Below, piece by piece: positions 54,724 through 64,000 of a stretch of DNA of 64,000 nucleotides (its first letter is position 1; each line of letters begins with the position of its first letter). The DNA comes from Tepidisphaera sp. (GTDB taxonomy: Bacteria; Planctomycetota; Phycisphaerae; Phycisphaerales; UBA1924): NCBI GenBank assembly GCA_050916045.1, contig CP051526.1, positions 3,584,001 through 3,648,000 of the forward strand, written 5' to 3'. The position numbers and the translations under genes were made by a program. The notes under the pieces were generated by a model. It worked only from the letters and a program-made list of their open reading frames with translations, was not told where the DNA came from and made no database searches.

Positions 54724-56040
54724 TTAGCCCAGGCCGCCCTTGAACTTGGTGACCTTCTGCGTCGCCTGAGCCTTCAAGCGGCGGAAAGCGGGGGATTCCT
54801 TCATGATTTCCTCGGCGGTCTTGCCGGGGGGGCCGTCCTTCTTGTTGCGACCACCGCCGCTGCCACCGACGGGGGCCGGGGCGGGCTTCATGGCTTTGAT
54901 CGAGAGGCTGATCTTGCGGCTGTCCTTCTCGACCTTCAGCACCTTGACCTGCACGATCTCGTCGACCTTGATGACGTCCTCGACGCGGTTGACGCGGCGG
55001 TAGTCAAGCTCGGAGATGTGGACGAGGCCCTCGACGCCGGCGGAGATCTCGACGAACGCGCCGAACTCGAGGATCTTCGTCACGCGCCCGGTGAGCTCGG
55101 CGCCCTCGGTGATGCTCGCGGAAGCGGTCTGGAACGGGTCGGTCGAAAGCTGCTTGAGGCCCAGGCCGATGCGGTCGTTGTCCCAGTCGATCTTGAGGAC
55201 GCGGACGGTGACCTTCTGGCCTTCCTTGACGAACTTCTCGATGGCTTTTTCGCCGTAGCCGATGCGGTCGTAGGTGATGTCGGAGATGTGGACGAGGCCG
55301 TCGATGCCGCCGAGGTCTACGAAGACGCCGAAGGGCATGATCTTGCGGACGGTGCCCTCGAGGGTGTCGCCTTCCTGGAGCTTGGTCTTCATGACCTCGG
55401 CCTGCTCCTTACGGTCACGCTCGAGGACGTTGCGGCGGGAGAGGACGATGTTGCCCGAACCCATGCGCTCAACGCGGACGATCTCGCACTTGAGACGCTC
55501 GCCGACGAAGATGGAGAGGTCGGGGATGCGCTCGACGGAGACCTGGCTGGCGGGCATGAAGGCGCGGTGGTTGGCGATCTCGAGCTCGAGGCCGCCCTTG
55601 CTGACGCCGGTGACCTTGGCTTCGACGACCTGGCCGGCTTCGAGGAGCTCCCAGTCGGCTTTCTGGACCGAGCCGGGCTTGGAGCAGACGAAGAGGCTTT
55701 CGGAGGCTTCGTACTTGTCGATGACGACGCCGATCTGGTCGCCGACCTTGGGAAGCTCGTCATCCTTGTACTGGAGGCGGGGGACGATGCCGAGTTCCTT
55801 GGGGCCGAACTCCACGAAGATGTCCGAGGCGCCGACGGAGACGACGGTGCCGGTGCGGTGTTCGCGGCCGGCCTGAACCACCCGCGGGCCGCGGATGCCG
55901 GGCTTGGGACCCGCGCCGGAAGCGGCAGCGGACCCGGAAGCCTTGTTGGCGGGGACGGGAGCCTTCATCGCCTGATTCATGGCGGCTTCCATCTCGGCGT
56001 TCAGGTCGTTCGTGGCGGACTCGGGGGAATTGGTGGACAT
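54724..56040 (-). CDS. S1 RNA-binding domain protein (short ribosomal protein S1-like)
   Basis: About four S1 repeats (RAFMPASQV, FGVFVDLGGIDGLVHISDI, FGAFVEISAGVEGLVHISEL); strongly biased codons. Confidence 0.88.
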   Translation of the reverse strand: MSTNSPESATNDLNAEMEAAMNQAMKAPVPANKASGSAAASGAGPKPGIRGPRVVQAGREHRTGTVVSVGASDIFVEFGPKELGIVPRLQYKDDELPKVGDQIGVVIDKYEASESLFVCSKPGSVQKADWELLEAGQVVEAKVTGVSKGGLELEIANHRAFMPASQVSVERIPDLSIFVGERLKCEIVRVERMGSGNIVLSRRNVLERDRKEQAEVMKTKLQEGDTLEGTVRKIMPFGVFVDLGGIDGLVHISDITYDRIGYGEKAIEKFVKEGQKVTVRVLKIDWDNDRIGLGLKQLSTDPFQTASASITEGAELTGRVTKILEFGAFVEISAGVEGLVHISELDYRRVNRVEDVIKVDEIVQVKVLKVEKDSRKISLSIKAMKPAPAPVGGSGGGRNKKDGPPGKTAEEIMKESPAFRRLKAQATQKVTKFKGGLG

Positions 56041-56235
56041 AAATGCTTCTCGGATCGTGAGGTCGGCCGCTGTTTGAGACCCCCGACGGGCCGAAACCTC
56101 CGTTTCGTCGGGAACTGGAAGTATAGGGGGGAGCCCCGACGCGGCCAACACGAAGCGGAACCCCGTCCAAGCCCGGGGGCGACCAGAGTCGGGATCGGTT
56201 CGCGGTGGGTTGTGCCGCCGTTCATATCATCCCCC

Positions 56236-57348
56236 ATGCCTGAGCCCGCTTTTCTGCCTCGCATCGCGGTCACCATGGGCGATCCGGGCGGGATCGGGCC
56301 CGAAGTGATCGCGAAGGCGCTCGCGGAATCTGGGCTCGCCAAGCGGGCGGATTGGCGGATCGTCGGCCCCGCGAACGCGTGGCAGGCCGCTTTGCGGCTC
56401 TCGGGCTCGCCGGTCGCCGCGACCGACGCCTGGGTCGGGGACTGGGGCTCCGGACGTGCGCCGCAACCGGGCGTCACCGTCCTCCGCGACAGCTTCACCA
56501 CCCGCGAAGCCTACCACGAGATCGCGCACAAGCCGCCCGCCAAGCCCGACGCCAAGTCCGGCCGCGCGTCGTTCCTCTGCGTCGCCGACGCGATCGCGAT
56601 GGCCAAGCTGCCGGCTGAGCATCCGCTCCACGTCGACGCGATCGTCACCGGTCCCATCAGCAAGGAAGCTTGGAAACTCGCGGGCCACGGCGAGTTCCCC
56701 GGGCACACCGAGATGCTCGCTCACGGGTTCGGGATTCCCGATGGCGACTTCGGGATGTTCTTCCACGCTCCGCCCGCCTCCTCAGGCGGCCCCGCGCTCA
56801 ACGTGATGCTCGCGACCGTGCACGTCCCGCTGTCGCGTGTCCCGGGGATGCTCACGATCGGTCGCGTGACGCAAGCGATCAAGCTCGGACATGAATCGTG
56901 CCTGGACCTTGGCTTTGCGAAGCCGCGCGTCGCGGTCTGTGGCCTCAATCCGCACGCGGGGGAGAACGGCGTTCTCGGGACGGAAGATGACGCGGTGATC
57001 AAGCCGGCGATCGAAGCCGCTCGCGAGCTTGGGATCGACGCTTCGGGCCCGCACCCGGGCGACACGGTCTTCGGAGCCGCGGTTCGCGGGAAGTACGACC
57101 TCGTCGTCGCGATGTACCACGACCAGGGCCTGATCCCGGTGAAGCTGCTCGCGTTCGACCGGGCGGTGAACGTGACGGTGGGCTTGGCGTGGCAGGGCCG
57201 GCGGATCATCCGAACCAGCCCCGACCACGGGACCGCGTTCGACATCGCGGGCGGGGTCCACGGCAAGGGCGTCGCCGACCCGGGGAGCATGAAAGCGGCG
57301 ATGGAGCTGGCGGTTACGCTCTGTGAAATCGCCCGACCGTCGATCTGA
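56236..57348 (+). CDS. pdxA: 4-hydroxythreonine-4-phosphate dehydrogenase
   Basis: TMGDPGGIGPEV, FPGHTE, GLNPHAGE, AMYHDQGLIPVK and RTSPDHGTAFDIAG motifs. Confidence 0.95.
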   Translation: MPEPAFLPRIAVTMGDPGGIGPEVIAKALAESGLAKRADWRIVGPANAWQAALRLSGSPVAATDAWVGDWGSGRAPQPGVTVLRDSFTTREAYHEIAHKPPAKPDAKSGRASFLCVADAIAMAKLPAEHPLHVDAIVTGPISKEAWKLAGHGEFPGHTEMLAHGFGIPDGDFGMFFHAPPASSGGPALNVMLATVHVPLSRVPGMLTIGRVTQAIKLGHESCLDLGFAKPRVAVCGLNPHAGENGVLGTEDDAVIKPAIEAARELGIDASGPHPGDTVFGAAVRGKYDLVVAMYHDQGLIPVKLLAFDRAVNVTVGLAWQGRRIIRTSPDHGTAFDIAGGVHGKGVADPGSMKAAMELAVTLCEIARPSI

Positions 57349-57447
57349 CGCTTCGCTATCAAAAAGAAAGAGGCTTTGCGTGTGCCGTCGGTTACAATCT
57401 CGTCTGACTCGGCGGATCGTCCCTCAATTCGTACGGAGCGGCACTCG

Positions 57448-58641
57448 ATGACATCGGCGACACACACGCGGAACTGGTTCGGCATCGCGGCGGTCTCGGC
57501 GTTCTGCATGATCGGTGCTCCGATCCAAACTCTCGCCCAACCCCTCGGCATCCTCGGAGCCATCGGCGACAGCTTGACCGATGAATATGCCGAGGAGACG
57601 TACGACTACGCCCGCAACTGGACCATGCTCGTCGTTGATGAGCGGAACGTCGATATGGGCCCCACCGCTCTCGAAGCCGGCCGTCCCGGCGGCACCTGGG
57701 GCGAGCCGCGCCGCACCGGGTACCAAGCCAACTTCGCCCGCTACGGCGCGGACAGCACCGACGCCCTCACCACCGGCCAGCACACCCGCGTCGCGAGCCT
57801 TGTCGGAGCCGGAGGCGTGACGCACATCGTTGTCGCCATCGGCGCCAACGACTTCTCCCCCACGTCCGACGCGTACTTCAACATCTACTTCAACCTCTGG
57901 TCCGCGTCGCGCATCACCAACTACGTCAACGCGAGCATCGCCAACATCGAAAACACGGTCACGACACTTCGCCAAGCCGGGGCGGAGGTCGTCCTCTGCA
58001 ACGTGCTCGACTTCGGGATGGTCCCGGCGTCGCGACAGTTCTTTGGCAACGCCGGCAACCGGCAGCGGGTTGCGAACGCCGTCGCCCGCGTCAATCAGGG
58101 GATCGCCCGCATCGCCGATGAGCAGGACGTCGTGCTCGTCGACCTCGCGGCGATGGGAACGACGATTCTCGGCACGCACGCGTCGATCCGCCAGACGCTG
58201 GTGATCGGCGGCGTCACGATCGGGGTGACGCGCCGCGACACGGCGTCGAACACGGATCCGCTCGCCGGGTTTGTCGACGACGGCGCCCATCCTCACACGA
58301 CGCTTCAGGGCGCTTTCGCGAACCTGATGATGACGGCACTGAACGTGGGCTGGGGTACGGGGTTCACGATGTTCACCGACCGCGAGATCCTGGAAGCCGC
58401 GGGGATCGCGTACGGCGGCTCGGAGACGCTTTCGGCCGCGATTGGCCCGTACGAGTCGTACGTCCGGTCCTTCGTCTGCCGCGCGGATTTCAACCGCGAC
58501 GGGTTCCTGGACTTCTTCGACTACGACGAGTTCGTCGCCGGATTCGAAGTCGGGTCGCCGACGTGCGACTTCAACCGGGACGGATTCCTGGACTTCTTCG
58601 ACTACGACGACTTCGTGTTCGCGTACGAAGCTGGGTGCTGA
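57448..58641 (+). CDS. SGNH/GDSL hydrolase with GC-type dockerin-like tail
   Basis: IGDSLT, IGAND and DDGAHP motifs; signal peptide; tail CRADFNRDGFLDFFDYD...YEAGC*. Confidence 0.88.
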   Translation: MTSATHTRNWFGIAAVSAFCMIGAPIQTLAQPLGILGAIGDSLTDEYAEETYDYARNWTMLVVDERNVDMGPTALEAGRPGGTWGEPRRTGYQANFARYGADSTDALTTGQHTRVASLVGAGGVTHIVVAIGANDFSPTSDAYFNIYFNLWSASRITNYVNASIANIENTVTTLRQAGAEVVLCNVLDFGMVPASRQFFGNAGNRQRVANAVARVNQGIARIADEQDVVLVDLAAMGTTILGTHASIRQTLVIGGVTIGVTRRDTASNTDPLAGFVDDGAHPHTTLQGAFANLMMTALNVGWGTGFTMFTDREILEAAGIAYGGSETLSAAIGPYESYVRSFVCRADFNRDGFLDFFDYDEFVAGFEVGSPTCDFNRDGFLDFFDYDDFVFAYEAGC

Positions 58642-58823
58642 TCGCCGCCGGGCCGAGAACCTCGCTGGACCTCGGCTTTCGATGAAGATTTCACGAATCC
58701 TTCAGCGAGATCGCCGCGTCCTCGGCGTGCCGGGCGCGGGCCATCGTCGCACCGATTATGCTGGGTACCTCGCCGGTTAAGCGTGGCCAATGTCCGCTTC
58801 GCGGTGATTCTGAGGGCCTCTCG

Positions 58824-60896
58824 ATGAAGCGATTTCTTTGCGCGGTCGTGCTGATGACATCTCCTCTCGTGGCGGAACAACAGGCTTTCGCCCAGCCGAT
58901 CCACCGCAAAGCTCTGGTGATCGGGGTCGACGGCGTGCGTCCCGACGCCCTGCGAGCCGCAAACACGCCGGCGATTGACGGCCTTATCGCCGACGGTGCT
59001 GCGAGTTGGTCCTGTCTCGCCGAGGACATCACCATCAGCGGCCCCTGCTGGTCGACGGTTCTAACCGGGGTGCACCGCAACAAGCATCTGGTCACAAGCA
59101 ACTCGTTCATCCCCAACGCGCTGGCGACGTATCCGCACTTCTTCGCGCGGCTTCGTGGAACGGGCCAGACGCAGGGGGCGTGCGCGGATATCCGGACCGC
59201 TTCCATCGCACACTGGGCCCCGATCAACAACAACATTCTGCTGGGCGCGGCGGACGTCATCCAGTCCGTAGCGACCGACGACGGCGTGCGCGACGCCTGC
59301 CGGGCGCTGCTCGCCGCCGACACGACCGACCTCATCTTCGTCCATTTCGACGACGTCGACTACGCCGGGCACGCTTCTGGCTTCTCTCCGGCGAATCCCT
59401 CGTACATCGCCGCGATCGAACAGACCGATGCGCGAATCGGGATCATTGTGGATGCGATCGAGTCGCGCCCCACGTACGCCTCAGAAGATTGGCTGATACT
59501 CGTCACGACCGACCACGGCGGAAGCGGCACCTCCCACGGCCAGAACATCCCCGAGCATCGCAACGTCTTCATGGTCGTCTCGGGCGCATCGACCGCCGCG
59601 GGCACGGTGATCCCCGGCACCATCACGCTCGCCGACGTCGCTCCCACCGTCCTGCGATTCCTAGGAGTTCAGCCCGATCCGGCGTGGGGATGGGATGGCG
59701 TCCCCGTCGGTCTCGACATGGGCTCAAGCCCCTCCGAGCCTGTTCGATGCACGGTCCGGCGCACGCTTCTCAGCGAGGATTTCGAGTCCGTGCCGCTGGG
59801 ACCGAGTGTCAACGAAGCACCCGCCCAAGGGGTGTGGAGCGGGACACCCCCGCTGGGCTGGACGGTGGATGACAGCGGCGTGCCCGGCGTGAACAACCCC
59901 GCCGTCGGCGTCACCGAGTGGGAAGGCTGGGCGATCACGCGCAAGGACTGGTGGGTCTCCATCGCGGCCGACCAGAACCGATCACAGTTCACCCGTGGCG
60001 TCGGAGCCGTCGCCGTCGCGGATCCGGACGAGTGGGACGACCGCGGCACGCCGAGCAATCTCGGGCCCTACAACGCGCGGCTTTCCACCCCGGCGGTCTC
60101 GCTGCTCGGGGTGGCTCCCGGTTCGGTCCGCGTCCGATTCGACTCGAGCTGGCGTCAGGAAGGCTTGCAGCGAGCCCTGCTCACCGCGAGGTTCGACGGC
60201 GGACCGGCCGTGACGCTTCTGGACTGGCGCTCCGCCGCCGGCCCCAACTTCAAGCCCGACGCGACCAACGAGTCCGTGAGCCTCGGCGTGCCCAACCCGC
60301 CGGGTGCCCAGACCATGACCCTGGAGTTCGCGCTCCTCGACGCCGGCAACAACTGGTGGTGGGCGATCGATCATCTCGTCGTCGAAGGCGCGTGCGAAGC
60401 CTCCATCGCTTCCCAGCCCGCGCCCGTCACGGCCTGCGATGCCGGGCCCGCGAGCTTCGCGGTCGCGGCGACCGGCCAGGGGCCCTTCGCCTACCGGTGG
60501 CAATGGACGCCCTCGAACGCACCGGAATCGTGGCAGGACCTGGTCGAGGGCGAGAACGGCGGCGGCCCGGGACAACGGTTCATCGCGCTGGGCGCGGCAT
60601 CGCAAAGCCTCACGCTCCGCCGAGCCGGTTCGGGCGACTCCCTTGCCGCGGTGGGCGCGGTCCGCTGCACCATCTTCGACGCGTGCGGATCGCTGGTCTC
60701 GCAGCCGGCCACGCTCTCGGTCTGCCCGGCCGACTTTAACTGCGATGGGTTCCTCGACTTCTTCGACTACGACGATTACGTGAACTGCTTCGAAACCGGA
60801 ACCTGTAGCGACGGCACGGCGGACTTCAACGGCGACGGGTTCGTCGACTTCTTCGACTACGACGACTTCGTCGCGGGGTTCGAGGCGGGGTGCTGA
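58824..60896 (+). CDS. Alkaline phosphatase/nucleotide pyrophosphatase family protein with extra beta domain, Ig-like domain and GC-type dockerin-like tail
   Basis: VIGVDGVRPD, TISGPCWSTVLTG, DVDYAGH and VTTDHGG motifs; tail CPADFNCDGFLDFFDYDD...FEAGC*. Confidence 0.9.
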   Translation: MKRFLCAVVLMTSPLVAEQQAFAQPIHRKALVIGVDGVRPDALRAANTPAIDGLIADGAASWSCLAEDITISGPCWSTVLTGVHRNKHLVTSNSFIPNALATYPHFFARLRGTGQTQGACADIRTASIAHWAPINNNILLGAADVIQSVATDDGVRDACRALLAADTTDLIFVHFDDVDYAGHASGFSPANPSYIAAIEQTDARIGIIVDAIESRPTYASEDWLILVTTDHGGSGTSHGQNIPEHRNVFMVVSGASTAAGTVIPGTITLADVAPTVLRFLGVQPDPAWGWDGVPVGLDMGSSPSEPVRCTVRRTLLSEDFESVPLGPSVNEAPAQGVWSGTPPLGWTVDDSGVPGVNNPAVGVTEWEGWAITRKDWWVSIAADQNRSQFTRGVGAVAVADPDEWDDRGTPSNLGPYNARLSTPAVSLLGVAPGSVRVRFDSSWRQEGLQRALLTARFDGGPAVTLLDWRSAAGPNFKPDATNESVSLGVPNPPGAQTMTLEFALLDAGNNWWWAIDHLVVEGACEASIASQPAPVTACDAGPASFAVAATGQGPFAYRWQWTPSNAPESWQDLVEGENGGGPGQRFIALGAASQSLTLRRAGSGDSLAAVGAVRCTIFDACGSLVSQPATLSVCPADFNCDGFLDFFDYDDYVNCFETGTCSDGTADFNGDGFVDFFDYDDFVAGFEAGC

Positions 60897-61084
60897 TCCG
60901 TCCCGGTCAAGGGCGGTACTGGGCCTAGCAAAGAACGCCGATGGTCCGGGATCGGATTGTCTCGATTTTCGTGAGCCTTGCAAGCATCGGACGGTGCGAA
61001 TCCATGGGAGGATGTCGGTCCGACCTCGAGAGGCCAGGCCGGCGTCACCTTGTTTTTCGCCGCCCACGCGGCAGGGAGTCGTCG

Positions 61085-64000
61085 ATGCGCACCATCAGCA
61101 CGGGCCGCTCGTTGTCACTTGGATTGGTTCTGGCGGCTGGCTCAGCAGCGGCGATCGGCGGGTCGGCCTACGGGCAGACGCTGAACTGGCTCAACGCTGC
61201 GGGCGGGGCCGCCGTCACCGCGGGAAACTGGAACCCGGCCCAGATTCCCGGAGCGGGCAACTCGCTCGTCTGGAATCTCGCCAACACCTACACCGTCACG
61301 TTCTCTGGCGCGGTCTCGCAGTCCACCTCGCACACGTTCAAGCGCGGCACCGTCACGCTCGACATGTCCTCGCCTCACACCACCAGCAGCTTTGTCCGCA
61401 TCGGCGACGTCTCGGGCGATTCGGCGACCACGCTCCTCACCGCTGGCACGCTCCACGCGGGCGCGGGCCTGACCATCGGCAACGCCAGCGGGGCCACCGG
61501 GACGCTCACCGTCGACAACGAAGGATCGCTACTCGACACGACCGCTGCGGGGTCTGACATCATCGTCGGCAGCGCGGGCACCGGCACGCTCACCATCAGA
61601 GACGGGGCGTCGGTCGTGCCCGCTGACAACTTCATCGTCGGCTCAGCCGCAACGGGCATCGGAACCGTCACCGTGACCGGGACGGGTGGCCTCCCCATTC
61701 CCGTGCCTCCGTCGCTGCTCGACTTGACAGGATCGGGCAAGGACATCACCGTGGGCTCGCTCGGGGATGGGTTCTTCAACGTCCTCGCCGGCGCACGCGT
61801 GAACGCTGACGAGATGTTCGTCGGGCTCAATCCTGGCTCCAACGGTGCCGTCAACGTCGGCGGCATCGGCGGCATCCTCAACGCCAATTCCCAGATCAAC
61901 ATCGCCACCTCCCTCCACCTTGGCGACAACCCCGGCGCCGGGCTCAGCGGCGGCTCCTCCACGTTCACCGTCAACGACGGCGGCATCGTCACCGTCCTGG
62001 GCACCACACGGATCGGCGACCCCGCGGGCGTCGGCTCGGGCACGCTCACCGTCAACGAGGGGGGCTTCTTCACCACCGGCTCTCTCATCGCGTCAGATTC
62101 GGGCGGGTTTCTCAATCTCCTCGGCGGCGTACTCCAGATTGACGGCGGCTCACTCCAAGTTCGCAACGATGTGCTGACGCTCAATGGCGACGCCGGCGAC
62201 CTCCCGATCATCGCTCTTGCCAACGGGGCTACTTGCACCCTTTCGAACGCTGTCGCTCCTTTCGAGGCCTTGATCGTCGGCAACACGACCCGAGCGACGT
62301 TCAATGTCTTCTCCGGCTCGCGTCTGACCATCTCAGCGGGTGACATCATTCTCGGCAACATCGCCGGGAGCGATGGCCAACTGCAAGTGACCGGCACGGG
62401 CAGCACTGCCACCTTGCCCGCCGCGCGATTCCTTGTCATCGGCGACGCAGGCGAAGGGTCTCTCAACATCCGGAGCAACGGCCACATGACCTCCGGGTCG
62501 GTGAACCTCGGCCGCACCGCCACGGGCGTCGGTTCTGCCACCATCCACCACGGAACTTCTGTTTGGGACATCAACGGCTCTCTCGCCATCGGTGGCACGG
62601 CCGCGGCGGCCTTCGGAACGGGCACCGTCACCATCGGCGGCACCGAAATCCCGGGCAGCACCGTCAATGTCATCTCCGGCGGCTCGAACACCACCAGCGT
62701 CAACGTTTGGGGGTCGGGCGACTCGCTCTCGGTAGAGCAGGGCGGCGAGCTCAACTGTGACGGACATGTGCGTGTGAAGAACGGCGCGGCGTTCAATCTG
62801 GCCGGCGGGACGATCGTGTGCAACGGGCTCTTCCTCGAAGGCGCCGGTTACTCGATGAACGGTCTCCTCTCGGGGAGTCTGTACGTCAACAACCCAAACG
62901 CCACCGTCGAACTGACGGGTGACATGACCATCATTCCGCGCGATGGACTGGGCGGGTTCCTCTCCAACGCCGGCTTCCTGGAGATCGGAGATCATGACCT
63001 TACCGTGGGATCCGCGCAACTCGACAACGCTCACCTCGGGGCCGGCGGCCTTATCTCGGGCGAAGGCGTCGCAGGCGTAGCGTTCGGAAAGACGCTTTCG
63101 GGCGATGGCACGGTCGATATCCGGATCAGCAACGGCGGCTTCATTGTCTCCCAAGGCTCGGGGCTCACCTTCACCAAAGTCCTCACCAGCGTCGGTCAGG
63201 GAATCTCTGGCACAACTATCACCTTCGCGAGCGGCGGCGGGTTCACCGGCTCGGGCACCTTCTCCAACTCCACGCCCATCACGGCCCTCGCCGGGTCGGT
63301 CATCACCGCCACCGGCGACCTCACCATGGGGAGTGCCGCCAGCAACATCGGGTTCAACGGGAACTTCTGTAGCCTCACCATCAACGGAGACTTCGACGTC
63401 ACGCTCAACGATTCCTCTCAGGCGTCCGTCGGCTTCGTCACGTTCCCCGCTTCTAGTTCGGGCACTCCGTCGGTTCGCTGCGCCACAGGACTGGCCGTCG
63501 TAGGCACCGTTTCCGGCACCGGCACCCTTGCCACCGACTCTGACTCGGTGGTGCTGGTCTCCGGGTCACTCAGTCCTCACGGCACCGGCATCGGGGGAAT
63601 CATCCGGCTCGAAGGGGATGCCTCGCTCGGCCCAAACTCCCGGATCCAACTCGATATCCTCGGCGTTGGCTCATCCGATCTGATCCGAACCTTCTCCACA
63701 ACCATGCCCACCCCGCCCTTCATCGACGAGAGCGACATCACGCTCGGCGGAACCCTCGAACTCCGCGTCAACCCGGCCCACACGCCCATCAACGGCGAAG
63801 AGCACACGCTCATCCAGTGCAGCGGCAACTCCGCCGGTGGAGGCCAACTCCTGGGCTCCTTCGCCACGATCATCACGCCTCCGCGCTGGCACATCATCGA
63901 GCGCACGACCGGAGTCGCGGGCATTGGGGTAGAGTCGCTCATCGCCGTCTACTGCCCCGCCGACTTCAACGATGACGGGTTCCTCGATTTCTTCGACTAC
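61085..64000 (+). CDS. Large secreted Gly-rich beta-helix/autotransporter-passenger-like protein with GC-type dockerin-like tail (runs off the window; absent from the ORF track)
   Basis: Manual translation MRTISTGRSLSLGLVLAAGSAAAIGGSAYGQTLNW...; repeated IVG..GTGTLT motifs; ends in the same frame with YCPADFNDDGFLDFFDY at the window edge. Confidence 0.85.
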   Translation, partial: MRTISTGRSLSLGLVLAAGSAAAIGGSAYGQTLNWLNAAGGAAVTAGNWNPAQIPGAGNSLVWNLANTYTVTFSGAVSQSTSHTFKRGTVTLDMSSPHTTSSFVRIGDVSGDSATTLLTAGTLHAGAGLTIGNASGATGTLTVDNEGSLLDTTAAGSDIIVGSAGTGTLTIRDGASVVPADNFIVGSAATGIGTVTVTGTGGLPIPVPPSLLDLTGSGKDITVGSLGDGFFNVLAGARVNADEMFVGLNPGSNGAVNVGGIGGILNANSQINIATSLHLGDNPGAGLSGGSSTFTVNDGGIVTVLGTTRIGDPAGVGSGTLTVNEGGFFTTGSLIASDSGGFLNLLGGVLQIDGGSLQVRNDVLTLNGDAGDLPIIALANGATCTLSNAVAPFEALIVGNTTRATFNVFSGSRLTISAGDIILGNIAGSDGQLQVTGTGSTATLPAARFLVIGDAGEGSLNIRSNGHMTSGSVNLGRTATGVGSATIHHGTSVWDINGSLAIGGTAAAAFGTGTVTIGGTEIPGSTVNVISGGSNTTSVNVWGSGDSLSVEQGGELNCDGHVRVKNGAAFNLAGGTIVCNGLFLEGAGYSMNGLLSGSLYVNNPNATVELTGDMTIIPRDGLGGFLSNAGFLEIGDHDLTVGSAQLDNAHLGAGGLISGEGVAGVAFGKTLSGDGTVDIRISNGGFIVSQGSGLTFTKVLTSVGQGISGTTITFASGGGFTGSGTFSNSTPITALAGSVITATGDLTMGSAASNIGFNGNFCSLTINGDFDVTLNDSSQASVGFVTFPASSSGTPSVRCATGLAVVGTVSGTGTLATDSDSVVLVSGSLSPHGTGIGGIIRLEGDASLGPNSRIQLDILGVGSSDLIRTFSTTMPTPPFIDESDITLGGTLELRVNPAHTPINGEEHTLIQCSGNSAGGGQLLGSFATIITPPRWHIIERTTGVAGIGVESLIAVYCPADFNDDGFLDFFDY

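Noticed and set aside
54712..56235. 878-aa PdxA fusion suggested by the ORF track
   Set aside because: The upstream part is the antisense of the S1 gene; PdxA motifs begin after ATG 56236.
889..63154. Many long alternative-frame or antisense ORFs (e.g. 889..2340, 3600..5453, 5897..8317, 21695..23764, 26121..28124, 29060..30949, 61375..62823)
   Set aside because: Shadow ORFs of high-GC genes; they overlap well-supported genes and have Arg/Gly/Val-biased, motif-free translations.
7586..64000. Near-identical dockerin-tail DNA as a diversity-generating retroelement TR/VR set or as a mobile repeat
   Set aside because: All copies are in-frame protein C-termini, no non-coding template copy was seen, and no reverse transcriptase is present.
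1..64000. tRNA, rRNA, integrase, transposase or prophage genes
   Set aside because: No cloverleaf, rRNA-like segment, or recombinase/phage motifs were recognised by eye; a covariance-model scan would be needed to exclude small ncRNAs.

Overview
High-GC bacterial chromosomal window, most likely from a Planctomycetota bacterium (Phycisphaerae-like). This is inferred from a PVC-type small basic protein, many C-terminal dockerin-like '...GC*' tails, CxxCGYD...CPxCG membrane proteins and an ECF/Ser-Thr kinase pair. Housekeeping and metabolic genes include ilvE, pheT, a split arginine succinyltransferase cluster (astB, astD, astA), a Gld-like ABC system, feoAB, nuoI, an S1-domain protein and pdxA. 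Eight predicted secreted proteins carry unrelated cargo domains but share one C-terminal double EF-hand/dockerin-like tail. The 39.7-53.6 kb segment is a variable region. It holds a ~1.6 kb insert bracketed by a 70-bp duplication of an aminotransferase 3' end, tandem arrays with 7, 10 and 21 bp units, and a family of GTGCCAC...GTGGCAC palindromes that flank lower-GC antitoxin/immunity-like genes with no mobilising enzyme in view. Many genes appear to be leaderless. I found no rRNA, tRNA, CRISPR array, integrase or transposase. All calls are by eye from motifs; no database searches were run.
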